DNA of 13,295 nt from Octopus sinensis (taxonomy: Eukaryota), in contig NW_021826133.1 in the NCBI RefSeq assembly GCF_006345805.1, forward strand, positions 1 through 13,295, written 5' to 3'. The notes under the pieces were generated by a model. It was not told the DNA's origin. It did no database searches and worked only from the letters and a program-made list of their open reading frames with translations. Below, piece after piece: positions 1 through 9,693 of this stretch; within the stretch, counting starts at the first letter, position 1, and each line of letters begins with the position of its first letter. A program made the translations under genes and the position numbers.

Positions 1-152
1 CGTGTGTGGTGTGTGTGTGTATGTGTGTGTGTGAGTATGTGCGTGAAACAGAGTGAGAGGAAATGAGAAAAAGAGACAGACAAACAGATAAGAGAAATAT
101 AGAGAAAGACAGAGAGAGAGAGTAAGACAGTGATAGGGAAAGACAAAAATAA

Positions 153-183
<31 letters not shown>

Positions 184-260
184 ATGTGTACATGCGTCCC
201 TGTTTGTGTGTGTCTATCTGTATGCATATGTGTGTGTGTGTGTTTGTGTGTGCGTGAGAT
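1..260. repeat. Compound (GT)n/(GA)n microsatellite
   Basis: Visible directly. Confidence 0.9.
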
Positions 261-419
261 GGAGATTTATACTAAATGTTGAATAGATTGATTGATATAT
301 CTGTAGCCGGGTGAAGCGGTGGAGAGATATCTACACCCATCTATCTATATTATCGTCATTAGTGCGTCCGTCGTTGTCGACGAAGACCAAAGACATCACG
401 TGAGAGATGTCTATCTCTC

Positions 420-446
420 CACACACACACTCACACGCCTCACGCA

Positions 447-492
<46 letters not shown>

Positions 493-686
493 ACACATAC
501 ATACATACACACACACATCCGAATATGTGACTAATTTTGTAATCTTTTCTGCTTTTATATATCTATATAACTATCCACACACATTAAATTATCAATCAAA
601 TTCTTCTCACACTGTCTCTTTATTCCTCTCTTTCTATCCATCTCTCTCTCCGTCTAGCTTCCGCCTCTCTCTGCACACCTACCTAC

Positions 687-733
<47 letters not shown>
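420..733. repeat. (CA)n/(TA)n microsatellite cluster with CT-rich spacer
   Basis: (TA)n at about 450-490 and (CA)n at about 689-733. Confidence 0.9.
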
Positions 734-735
<2 letters not shown>

Positions 736-790
736 ATTGAAAAGATTGGAGTCAACCAAAAGGCGTGCGGTTGGACATTTATTTTTTAAT

Positions 791-828
791 CACTACAATT
801 GTTTCCACGCAAAGTAGTTCTTCAGGTA
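791..828 (-). ncRNA. Degenerate type I hammerhead motif
   Basis: Minus strand reads TAC CTGAAGA AC TAC TTTGC GTG GAAAC AATT GTA GTG. Stem III is the palindrome ACAATTGT, stems I and II are 3 bp, and AATAAA follows at 783-778. Confidence 0.6.
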
Positions 829-1102
829 CTTGACTATGCAACTGTTTCCCTTGCAGTATGAGATCTATTTGTGCCTCGTCAGGCGATATGTAAATATTGT
901 CTCCGTAAGTTCAAAATACTCGGCTTTTTGCGGTTCAGCAAAAGAGAATGAGGTTGTGATTCACCACTCTCCCGCCCAGAAGCTCTGCCATTCAAAGAAC
1001 TTTTGGAAGCTGTCAATAATTCCCAATGTGAAAGTTCTCCAGGAGATTGGTTTCAAAGTTTGGAACAAGGCCACCGATTTCGGAGGAAGTGTGTAAATTC
1101 AT

Positions 1103-1241
1103 TCCATCGACTCCAAGTGCTCAACGGTTGCTTATTTTATCGAACCCGAAACGAAGAAGGGCAAAGCTCGACCTGGGCGGAGGACGAAGTGCCGCTTAGC
1201 AGTTTGTTCGCAGTTGGTAACAGTTCAGCGAGCTCGAGGCT
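1103..1241 (-). mobile_element. Highly diverged family-B SINE
   Basis: TTATCGAACCCGAAACGAAGAAGGGCAAAGCTCGACCTGGGCGGA..GACGAAGTGCCGCTTAGCA..AGCTCG matches the reverse complement of 7402-7565 with an internal deletion. Confidence 0.7.
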
Positions 1242-1269
1242 TTAATAAGAACTGAGAATATGTAATATT

Positions 1270-2160
1270 GATGAAAGAAAGAAAGAAGGAGGAGAAGGAC
1301 AAGTAGAAAAGGAGGGGAGGAGGAAGAAGAAGGGGACGAATGAGGAGGAGGAGAAAAATAAAAAGAGGAAGGAGGAGAAATAAGAAGTAGTAGAAGAAGA
1401 AGAAGAAGAAGAAAAGAAGAAGAAGAAGAAGAAGAAGAAGAAGAAGAGGATAAGGAGGTGGTGGTGGAAGAAGAGGAAGTGACGGAACGGGGAAGTAGAA
1501 GAAGAAGAAGAAGAAGAAGAAGAAGCAGAAGAAGAAGAAGAAAAAGAAGAAAAGAAGAAGAAGAAGAAGAAGAAGAAGAAGAAGAAGAAGAAGAAGAAGA
1601 AGAGGAAGGAGAAGAAGAATAATGTGGAGAAACAAGAAGAATGAGAATAAAAAGGAAAGCGAAAGAACAAGTAGAGGAAGAAATAAAGGTGATGAGAGAG
1701 AGCAGCAGGGGTAGGAGGAAGAGTGGACGATGAAGAAGAATTAAACAGGAAGATGATGATGGGAGGATGAGGTTGAGGGGGATGCGCATAAGAAAAGGGA
1801 AAGAAGCAAGAGATGGTGATGTTGCTGGTGGCGGTGGTTGTGGTTGTTATGTTTGAAGTGGTGACGATGTCCGTGGTTGTGGCGGGGATGGTGTGTTGGT
1901 GGGGATGCATGTGGTGATGGTTGTGGTGGCGGTAGCTGTAGGGGTGTCGGTGATTGTGGTGATAGCTATGGTTGTAGTGGTGGTGTTGGTGGTCGTCGTG
2001 GTGGTTGTAATAGTGGTTGGTGGTGGTTATGGTAGAGTTGCTGGCTCTAATGTTATTGTTGTTGCTGTTGTTGACAGTGGTGGCTCAGTTGGGGATTGTG
2101 TTGGTTGTGTTGGCCATGGCACAAGTGGTGGTGGTGGTCGAGGTTGTAGTGGTAGTAATG
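1270..2160. repeat. (GAA/GGA)n tract grading into degenerate (GGT/GTT)n
   Basis: Visible directly; source of the low-complexity ORFs. Confidence 0.92.
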
Positions 2161-2322
2161 ACGAATTTCTACATGAAGGGGTTTTTATTGACGGTATCTG
2201 TGCGAATTTACTTGATAATATTCTACGATGTTTTACCTCCGGCTATTCTTTACGGTGTAGTGTAAGGAGTGGTCCATTGAAGTACCAAAATGAATTAACA
2301 TACACACACACACACCACACAA

Positions 2323-2355
<33 letters not shown>

Positions 2356-2554
2356 ACATACAGTTATATATATATATATACAGCTACACACACACGTATA
2401 CACATATACACCCCGCATAGCTGCCACTGCTATCTTCACCACAGTAATATTTGGAGTTAATACCATTTCATGCTTATTTTGAATATAGAATTTAAATTAT
2501 ATGCATTTCTTTTATATTTCTTCAAAAACTGGTCTCTTGTATATGTACGTACGT

Positions 2555-2890
<336 letters not shown>

Positions 2891-2944
2891 TTGCAAACGG
2901 AATCCCAAAACGAACTATATATATATATATATATATATAACATA

Positions 2945-3198
2945 ATATAATATAAATATTATATAATTATATGCATATATAGATACATATATGTACATAC
3001 CTACATATATATACACATATATATGCATATATGGGTACAGGACATAAAAAAAACCTGAACACAATAAGAAACGAAAACATAAAAACAAAACCATAGAAAC
3101 GAACTTTTTTCAAACAACGAAAAAAACATTACAAGACACACAACAAAAGGAATATTCCCCTTCTTCAGTTGTCCCTGTTTCATCTACCCCGCGTTTCG
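2945..3198 (-). mobile_element. Dispersed ~250-bp repeat, copy 1 (probably Penelope-like terminal repeat)
   Basis: Reverse complement aligns end to end with 10951-11210, including CGAAACrCGGrGTAGATGAAACAG..CTGAArAArGGGAATATTCCTT and GGTTTTGTTTTTATGTTTTCGTTTCT. Confidence 0.75.
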
Positions 3199-3259
3199 AC
3201 TTCGGTTTTGGATTTGGTTTGCAAGATTCTTTACGTGAGTTCGTGTGTCTAAGCATATT

Positions 3260-3516
3260 TTGTTGTGTCTGGGGAGAGTCTTTCTCTTTTAGTGCCTTAT
3301 TATTTAACACACTCACAGGTAAAGTTTCCACTCATCTACTTATTTATTTTTCCTAAACAGTTCGTTGCGTCTTGCAACATTTTCAATAATTGTTAACGAC
3401 TATTGAATAGGTTGCAAAAACGAATCGAAAACTTTAGGAAAAATAAATAAGTAAATGAGGGGAAACTTTACCGGTGAGTGTGTTAAATAATAAGACACTC
3501 TCCCCAGACACAACAA
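3260..3516. repeat. Spacer-less inverted repeat (foldback) centred on GTTAAC 3392-3397
   Basis: 3260-3394 aligns with the reverse complement of 3395-3516, e.g. TTGTTGTGTCTGGGGAGAGT / ACTCTCCCCAGACACAACAA. The right arm lacks about 14 bp. Confidence 0.92.
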
Positions 3517-3518
3517 TG

Positions 3519-3882
3519 TGTATACATACATACATACATACATACATACATACATACATACATACATACATACATACATACATACGTACATATATATATA
3601 TATAAATATATATACGTATATGTACATATATACATATATATACATATATATATATATATATTATATATATGTATATATTATATATATATATATATGTATA
3701 TATTATATATATATATGTATGTATGTACATATATGTATAATATATATATATATCCTTCTGTCAGTTACTACTACTACTACCACCACAACACCATCACCAA
3801 CACCACCACCACTAATAATACTACTAGCACCCCAGCATCACCACCACCACCACCACCACCACCACCACCTCTACTACCACTA
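3519..3882. repeat. (TACA)n, (TA)n and (ACT/ACC)n microsatellites
   Basis: Visible directly. Confidence 0.92.
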
Positions 3883-4783
3883 TAGGCTCACGTGTGAGAC
3901 AAACCACCTGAGAATTGTCCACAACCCGGCAAAATCTACCTTAAAATAGCAAATCTTATCATTTATAATTTAAATAGAGGAAAAGCAGAATGAAAATAAA
4001 AAGCGTAATATATCCAAGATAATGGTTGAAAAACTGCATTAAACATGATAATTCCACAAATGAATATAAGAAAAGAAAAACATTTAAAACTTCACGAACC
4101 AAATTTATAAAATAAATAAATAAATATTATTTATATGATAATAATGAAAGGTATATATGTAAGTAAATCTGAAAATGCGTTTTGGCAGGTGTCAAGATTT
4201 TTTTAAAGTTTTATTTTTTAGAAAATAGAAGAAAAAATTAGCGAATTTAACTGAAATAAATTGTTAATCATTCTAAATGGCTGAAACCATATTAATGGTT
4301 TGTAATTTTTTGAAAAAAAGATTAGAGTTAATCTTTGAATCTAAATACTTGGGTATTAACACACATTTAACTTGTTTAATTACCCCTGTCGGTTATCATT
4401 TCATTGAAAAGGAGAGAAAGAAAAAAAAGCGGTTTTGAATATAATATGCGAATTAATAAACATCTGAGCCTCGAAGATAAAAGTCAGGCTCTATCCCAAA
4501 ATACCTGGCAGATGTTTTTTTTCTTTCTTTATATATTTCCGTTTCGTTTCCATCTTACCTGCATACGCAAACACAAGTGTATATATATCAATGTGTGTGT
4601 GAAAGTATTTGTGTATTAATATTTCATGTATTTGTATATTCACATGTGCATACACAAATATATGTATGAATATATAAATGTATATATAACGTACTGATCC
4701 GTGACAGAAAATTCAACAAAAATATATTCCATCTGGTGAGAGAGGAATATCATTTATTTAAACGTCACAATACATATATTAAA

Positions 4784-4836
4784 GCACTACTAATAGTTTC
4801 ATACTATGAGAGAACTCAAACATCTTATTCAGGTGC
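4784..4836 (-). ncRNA. Degenerate type I hammerhead motif (G8U)
   Basis: Minus strand reads GCAC CTGAATA ...TGAG TTCT CTCA...GAAAC TATTA GTA GTGC. Stem I GCAC/GTGC is perfect and stem III is ACT/AGT. AATAAA follows at 4758-4753. Confidence 0.65.
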
Positions 4837-4899
4837 AAACCACATCTCATAACGAACTATATGCTGCCTTCTCAGTTTTTTCGCGTTTCTTCTATCATT

Positions 4900-5013
4900 C
4901 AGTTTCTTTAGTTCGTTTTGATATGTGGTTTGAAGAATATGTTTGAGTCCTCTCAACAGTTTCTTTAGTTCGTTTTGATATGTGGTTTGAAGAATATGTT
5001 TGAGTCCTCTCAA
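4900..5013. repeat. Exact 57-bp tandem duplication
   Basis: CAGTTTCTTTAG...GTCCTCTCAA at 4900-4956 and 4957-5013 are identical. Confidence 0.95.
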
Positions 5014-5134
5014 CACATGAAACTTTCAGTATCATTTTAATATATGCATTGTGATCTTTAAATAGATAAATAATAGATAGATCGTTGGCCATTACACACA
5101 TTTTTTTCTCTCACTGTTTCTCTCCTTTTTTGTG

Positions 5135-5178
5135 TGTCCATTTCTGTAAAAGAGCGTAGGCTCGAAACGTAAAAGACA
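5135..5178 (+). ncRNA. Degenerate minimal type I hammerhead motif
   Basis: TGTC-CA-TTT CTGTAAA A GAGC GTAG GCTC GAAAC GTA AAAGACA. Stem II is perfect, stem III is a palindromic ACGT stub, stem I is bulged, and the core deviates at positions 6 and 8. Confidence 0.6.
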
Positions 5179-5270
5179 TTTATTATTCCTGAGCGTTTAT
5201 ACTAATACATCTGTTTGTTTTGTACACCACTTGTCTTCGTCTTTTGTGTTTTTCGTTCGTAACTCTCCTC

Positions 5271-5338
<68 letters not shown>

Positions 5339-5520
5339 CAGGCGAATCAAAAAAATCAAATCAAATATATGTGTGTGCTTGTGAATGTATGTGTGAGTGT
5401 GTGTGTGCTTGTGAGTGTGTGTGTGCTTGTTTGTGTGTGTGTATGTGTATAAAAACAAAACATGAAAACAACAAAAGTCAAAAGACACTCGTAGAAAGAT
5501 TAAGATGGAACAAACAGTGG

Positions 5521-5556
5521 GTGTGAGGTTTCAAGTATGTCCCTTCGTCAGAAAAG
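5521..5556 (-). ncRNA. Degenerate minimal hammerhead-like motif
   Basis: Minus strand reads CTGACGA AGG GACATA CTT GAAAC CTC. Both core boxes and a 3-bp stem II are present; stems I and III are poor. Confidence 0.4.
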
Positions 5557-5632
5557 TTAAGAGGTGAAAGTCTGAAGAAAGGAAAAGAATAGTCCGAAAA
5601 TAACCCGTGTATTGCTACATATATATATATTA

Positions 5633-6008
5633 CTAGCGTTGCTCGGGTTTGTTTCGACCCTTTAGATTTGGAATTTTTGAAAAGTAAAAATTTTGCATTT
5701 TGTAGCTTGTTATTCTCTTTAAGTTAACAATTCTCTGGTTGAAACATACCAAAAATGGCGACACAGCAGTAAAATAAAATCGTAAAAAAAAGTGATTTTC
5801 ATAGAAAAAAAAGCACCTTTTTGATGTAATTAATTTGTTGTGTTAACTTGGTCCGATTTGAATTTTTCTCCTACGGAAGGAAGAGCAAGCCTTTTTCTAT
5901 CATATTCCCAATTTTGGTTAACTTGCGCCGCAGGGTTTCGGAGGAGATTGTGTTAGTTGTAGGCTACCAAACCTGCCACACACAGACAACTTCAGCTTTA
6001 TATATATA
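5633..6008 (-). mobile_element. Non-autonomous Helitron-like element
   Basis: Minus strand starts TATATATATAAAGCTGAAGTTGTCTGTGTG, resembling Helitron 5' ends (terminal TC not preserved). It ends CCCGAGCAACG-CTAG followed by T. The subterminal GC hairpin appears half-deleted. Confidence 0.6.
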
Positions 6009-6174
6009 TTTCGGTAGAACGTGAAATAATTCGATTTTAGAAATGGATCTCCAGTGTACAAGAATTTATTACGAATTTCTTTGCCGGGCTTGTAATATAC
6101 TTTCCCTGTGACACTAAAGCAAAGACAACATTCCGTATTATATGAGAACGGTGACTCATATACATACATACCAT

Positions 6175-6617
6175 AGGCACAGAGGTAGCTGTATGGTAAC
6201 TAGCTTGCTTACCAACAACATGGTTTCGGGTTAAATCCCACTGCGTGGCACCTTGAGCAAGTGTTTTCTACTATAGCCTCTGGGCCTACCAAAGACTTTT
6301 GAGTGGATTTGGTAGACGGAAACTGAAAGAAGCCCGTCGTATACATATATATATATATATATATATATATGTGTATTTGTGTGTGTGTGTGTGTGTGTGT
6401 ATGTAAGTGTTTGTGCGTCTGTGTTTGTCCTCCCACATCGCTTGACAACCGATGCTGGTGTGTTTACGTCCCCGTAACCTAGCGGTTTGGCAAAAGAGAC
6501 CGATAGAATAAGTACTAGACTTACAAAGAATAAGTCCTGGGGTCGATTTGCCCGACTAAATAAGGTGCTCCAGCATGGCCACAGTCAAATAAGTAAAATA
6601 AGTAGAAGAGTAAAAGA
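6175..6617 (+). mobile_element. tRNA-derived SINE (family A) with internal (TA)/(TG) microsatellite
   Basis: A-box-like TAGCTGTATGGT 6186-6197, B-box-like GGTTAAATCCC 6229-6239, then GGCACCTTGAGCAAGTG and an A-rich repetitive tail. Resembles an abundant octopus SINE from memory. Confidence 0.8.
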
Positions 6618-6665
6618 CGAAAAGAGTATATATATTTATATATACACGCACATATATATATATGT

Positions 6666-6707
<42 letters not shown>

Positions 6708-7139
6708 ATATATACATATACATATATATACAATACACACACACATTTTGTAACCCAAGCTGTTATATTTAATTTGTTCATTCGCAAAATTGCCTCTCTC
6801 TCTCTCTCTCTCCCTCTCTCTACATATATGTAAATGTAGTATGTATACACGCATACACATCTCTCAATATATATATACATATATTTATATATGTGTATAT
6901 ATATATATGTATATATATTTATATATATATTTACATATATATGTGTAAATATTTATACACACCCGCATACACACATGTTCATGTGCATATATACATATCA
7001 AATACTAAAAAAATCCGAAGGATTTGCTTTATCTCATACATATTTATTTCTCTCTTAATTCTGGATTTCATTAATCCTGCGTCTTCCGTCCATTAGTTCA
7101 ACGTTTAAATAAATTATCTGATTGGCTCAGGTTCCTATG

Positions 7140-7290
7140 AAATATCCTGTTTGAAGTTGCGCAATATGCTAGATATAGCAGTTAAATTTCCATTGAATGT
7201 ATGTCGGGCATTGGAATATCGTTAAATCTAATATTGCTGAATTATAGCTGACCTGAGGCTAAATAACAGCAACAGCAGCAGCAACGCAAC
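7140..7290 (+). mobile_element. Possible decayed 3' end of another SINE/LINE
   Basis: Ends GCTGACCTGAGGCTAAATAACAGCAACAGCAGC with a short CAA/CAG tail. Recognised from memory only. Confidence 0.3.
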
Positions 7291-7359
7291 CACCAAATGA
7301 AGCAGATCGTGCGCGCACGTGATAGAGAGAGTGGGGAGCTAAGGACTCAGTAGAGGAGC

Positions 7360-7767
7360 TACATCCACCTCAGTGCTGAACCGGTACTTATTTGATCGGA
7401 GGGCGGCGAGCTGGCGGAAGCGTTAGTATGTCGGGCGAAATGCGTAGCCGTATTTCGTCTGTCGTTACGTTCTGAGTTCAAATTCCGTCGAGGTCGACTA
7501 TGCCTTTCATCCTTTTGGGGTCGATAAATTAAGTACCATACCAGTTACGCACTGGGATCGATATAATCGACTTAATCCGTTTGTATGTCCTTGTTTGTCC
7601 TCTTTGTGTTTAGCGCCTTTTGGGTAGTAAAGAAATAGGTACTTATTTGATCGTCCTCGAAATGACAGCAAAGTTATCACGCTGGAATGGGAAATCTGGA
7701 CGTAAAGACGGACGAAATGCTGCTAAGCATTTTCTCAGCATGCCAACGATTCAACCAGCTCGCAGCC
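7360..7767 (-). mobile_element. Older antisense family-B SINE split by the 7399-7637 insertion
   Basis: 7638-7767 (GACGGACGAAATGCTGCTAAGCATTT...CCAGCTCGCAGCC) is a diverged reverse complement of about 7402-7537. Its continuation is 7360-7398. Confidence 0.8.
7399..7637 (+). mobile_element. tRNA-derived SINE (family B), full length, with 16-bp TSD
   Basis: A-box-like TGGCGGAAGCG 7412-7422 and B-box-like GAGTTCAAATTCC 7474-7486. TSD GGTACTTATTTGATCG at 7383-7398 and 7638-7653. Confidence 0.88.
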
Positions 7768-7860
7768 TTATATCGCTGGCAGCCTCATATATATATATTA
7801 TCGCTATGGACTACGTGTGGGCAGTCATCTAAAAGTTTTTGTTCGTCATGATGCTGACAT

Positions 7861-7965
7861 AAGTTCCTTGTCTTTCCTGATGAGAAGGCGGCATAATGCA
7901 CCCTTTATTCCGTCGGAATTGAGAATATGCAGTCTTCGAAACATATGTCGAGTATAAAGGAATTT
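7861..7965 (+). ncRNA. Type I hammerhead ribozyme, canonical core
   Basis: CTGATGA 7877-7883. Stem II GAAGGCGGCATA (7884-7895) pairs with TATGCAGTCTTC (7926-7937), 11 of 12 pairs including one G-U. GAAA 7938-7941. Minimal stem III lies in the palindrome ACATATGT. GUC triplet 7947-7949. Stem I is TTC/GAG, an internal loop, then AGTTCCTT (7862-7869)/AAGGAATT (7957-7964). Confidence 0.88.
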
Positions 7966-7997
7966 TGTTAAATCGTCGTTCGACTCCATTCTTTCAT

Positions 7998-8015
7998 TTA
8001 TATATATATATTATA

Positions 8016-8049
<34 letters not shown>

Positions 8050-8062
8050 ATATATATATATA

Positions 8063-8116
<54 letters not shown>
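7998..8116. repeat. (TA)n microsatellite
   Basis: Visible directly. Confidence 0.95.
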
Positions 8117-8119
<3 letters not shown>

Positions 8120-8640
8120 CTGGCCAGATTGGATCAATCTCAAGAATAACCAGCCGAAATTGTGAGGATAATCTGGTGCTGATTAAATAAGGCAAGCTTC
8201 GAATGACACGTCCTTGTTGTCTTCGTATCGTCTATCTGTATATTTTGTTGTCCCTTTTTGTGTCACCTAGTTGTCCGCATGCTTTGCGATCTTGTCCCAT
8301 TTTGTATTTTATATATATACACATATATATATAAAATTAGGAAAAAAACACCTTTTATTAATTACCATCTAGAAAATTACATATAATAGGAAAATTAAAA
8401 TTAAAATTACAATAAAATTTAAAGATTAAGTAAATTGCAAAAAATAATAATAAAAAAGTATATAATAGGTAGAAAAATAAGTTTGGATTTTATTCCTTCA
8501 AACAATAATTATATATTTATATATTTATATATATCTATATAACGGCGTACGTACACTCTGTTCTCTCATATATATATATATAATATATATATAGATATAT
8601 ATACTATATATATATATATATATATATCTATATATATAAC

Positions 8641-9186
8641 TTTTCTGTAGAGAAAAAAACTTCATCTTATATTAATAGTAGACTTATTACTACTCGCTAT
8701 AGGGACCGGTAACCACTATAACCTGTAGTGGCGAACAGTCAACACGTTGTATTGAGGCTGACCTAAGAATTTTTATTTCTAGATATAACTGGGGTACTTA
8801 AATGTACTCATGTTTTTTGCTTCGTCTTTTTCCATGAGCGCATGTAAGTATCTTATTTATATTCTCTCGTAAGCTCTACTGAAGAGGAATAAGTCTTTTA
8901 TGAGATTAATTCCGAAATTTATTCAATATAGAGATAACGAATTTTTAGAAATTCTAACGGCCAGCTTGCCCGACTTCAGTTCTTCGATTTTTGCTGTAGC
9001 GAGTATATTATATGTGGAAATTGACGATTTAATAGTCTGTTATCAGCATATTGGCTTTGAAATAATTTTCTTTAGCCCTTACTTATAAGTTGTTTATAAT
9101 TTTAACCGTAAAGGTATTTTAATATGCTGCCACATTTCCTCAGGGAATTTTTTTCTTAGAGAAAAAAACTTCATCCTATATTAGTA

Positions 9187-9189
<3 letters not shown>
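8641..9189 (+). mobile_element. ~510-bp HHR-containing unit with terminal direct repeats between (TA)n tracts (Penelope pLTR- or retrozyme-like)
   Basis: TAGAGAAAAAAACTTCATCyTATATTArTAGTA occurs at 8648-8680 and 9157-9189 (31/33 identical), each preceded by TTTTCT. Internal HHR at 8867-8940. (TA)n on both flanks. Confidence 0.55.
8867..8940 (+). ncRNA. Type I hammerhead ribozyme, canonical core
   Basis: CTGAAGA 8879-8885. Stem II GGAAT/ATTCC plus AGTCTT/GAGATT with a TTAT loop. GAAA 8914-8917. Stem III ATT/AAT with a TATTC loop. AUA triplet 8926-8928. Stem I CTCTA (8874-8878)/TAGAG (8929-8933), an AAG/ATA internal loop, then TCGT/ACGA. Confidence 0.88.
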
Positions 9190-9226
<37 letters not shown>

Positions 9227-9319
9227 TATATATATATTATGATATATATATATCGGCAAGAGTGTTCCTTAGCATTTAAAATTATGCTTTTGCCCAAATT
9301 TGTATTTTGAAAAGACTCA

Positions 9320-9339
9320 CATGTATGTATGTATGTATG

Positions 9340-9400
<61 letters not shown>

Positions 9401-9449
9401 TGTATGTAGGTAGGTAGGTAGGTAGGTAGGTAGTTTGTATGTATGTATG
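9320..9449. repeat. (TATG)n/(TAGG)n microsatellite
   Basis: Visible directly. Confidence 0.95.
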
Positions 9450-9693
9450 TTTAGAGGAAGGGAACCAGGTCTCAGCGTATATCCAATGTAATATATAGGT
9501 AATATAATCGTCCGACTGTTTAAAAAATAAATCATTTTCTCTTTATAAACGTACATTCTTCTATCTCACTGTATTTTTTGAATCCCTTGAAAATCGGTCA
9601 CGTGGCGTGACATCCCTCCTTCTTTCAGTAAAGACACCCATGGCGTCGGAGACAACCCCGACGAATAAGACCGAGGACGACAATGAATATACT

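Noticed and set aside
830-1245. 88-aa and 80-aa ORFs as a host exon
   Set aside because: They overlap HHR-like motifs and a decayed SINE, and no protein is recognisable.
4900-5013. CRISPR-like or protein repeat
   Set aside because: Two adjacent identical units with no spacers, in a eukaryotic context, and the overlapping ORFs are unrecognisable.
5572-5602. Plus-strand CTGAAGA AA GGA...TCC GAAA
   Set aside because: Needs a 2-nt insertion, has only a 3-bp stem II and no credible stems I or III. Probably chance in purine-rich sequence.
6175-6250. tRNA gene
   Set aside because: Only degenerate A/B boxes continuing into a SINE body; no cloverleaf.
8648-9189. Reading the direct repeats as tandem Helitron 5' ends (minus strand TCTACTATTAATATAAGATGAAG), with a hairpin at 8713-8731
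   Set aside because: No properly spaced CTRR 3' end, and the internal canonical HHR favours a retroelement. Not fully excluded.
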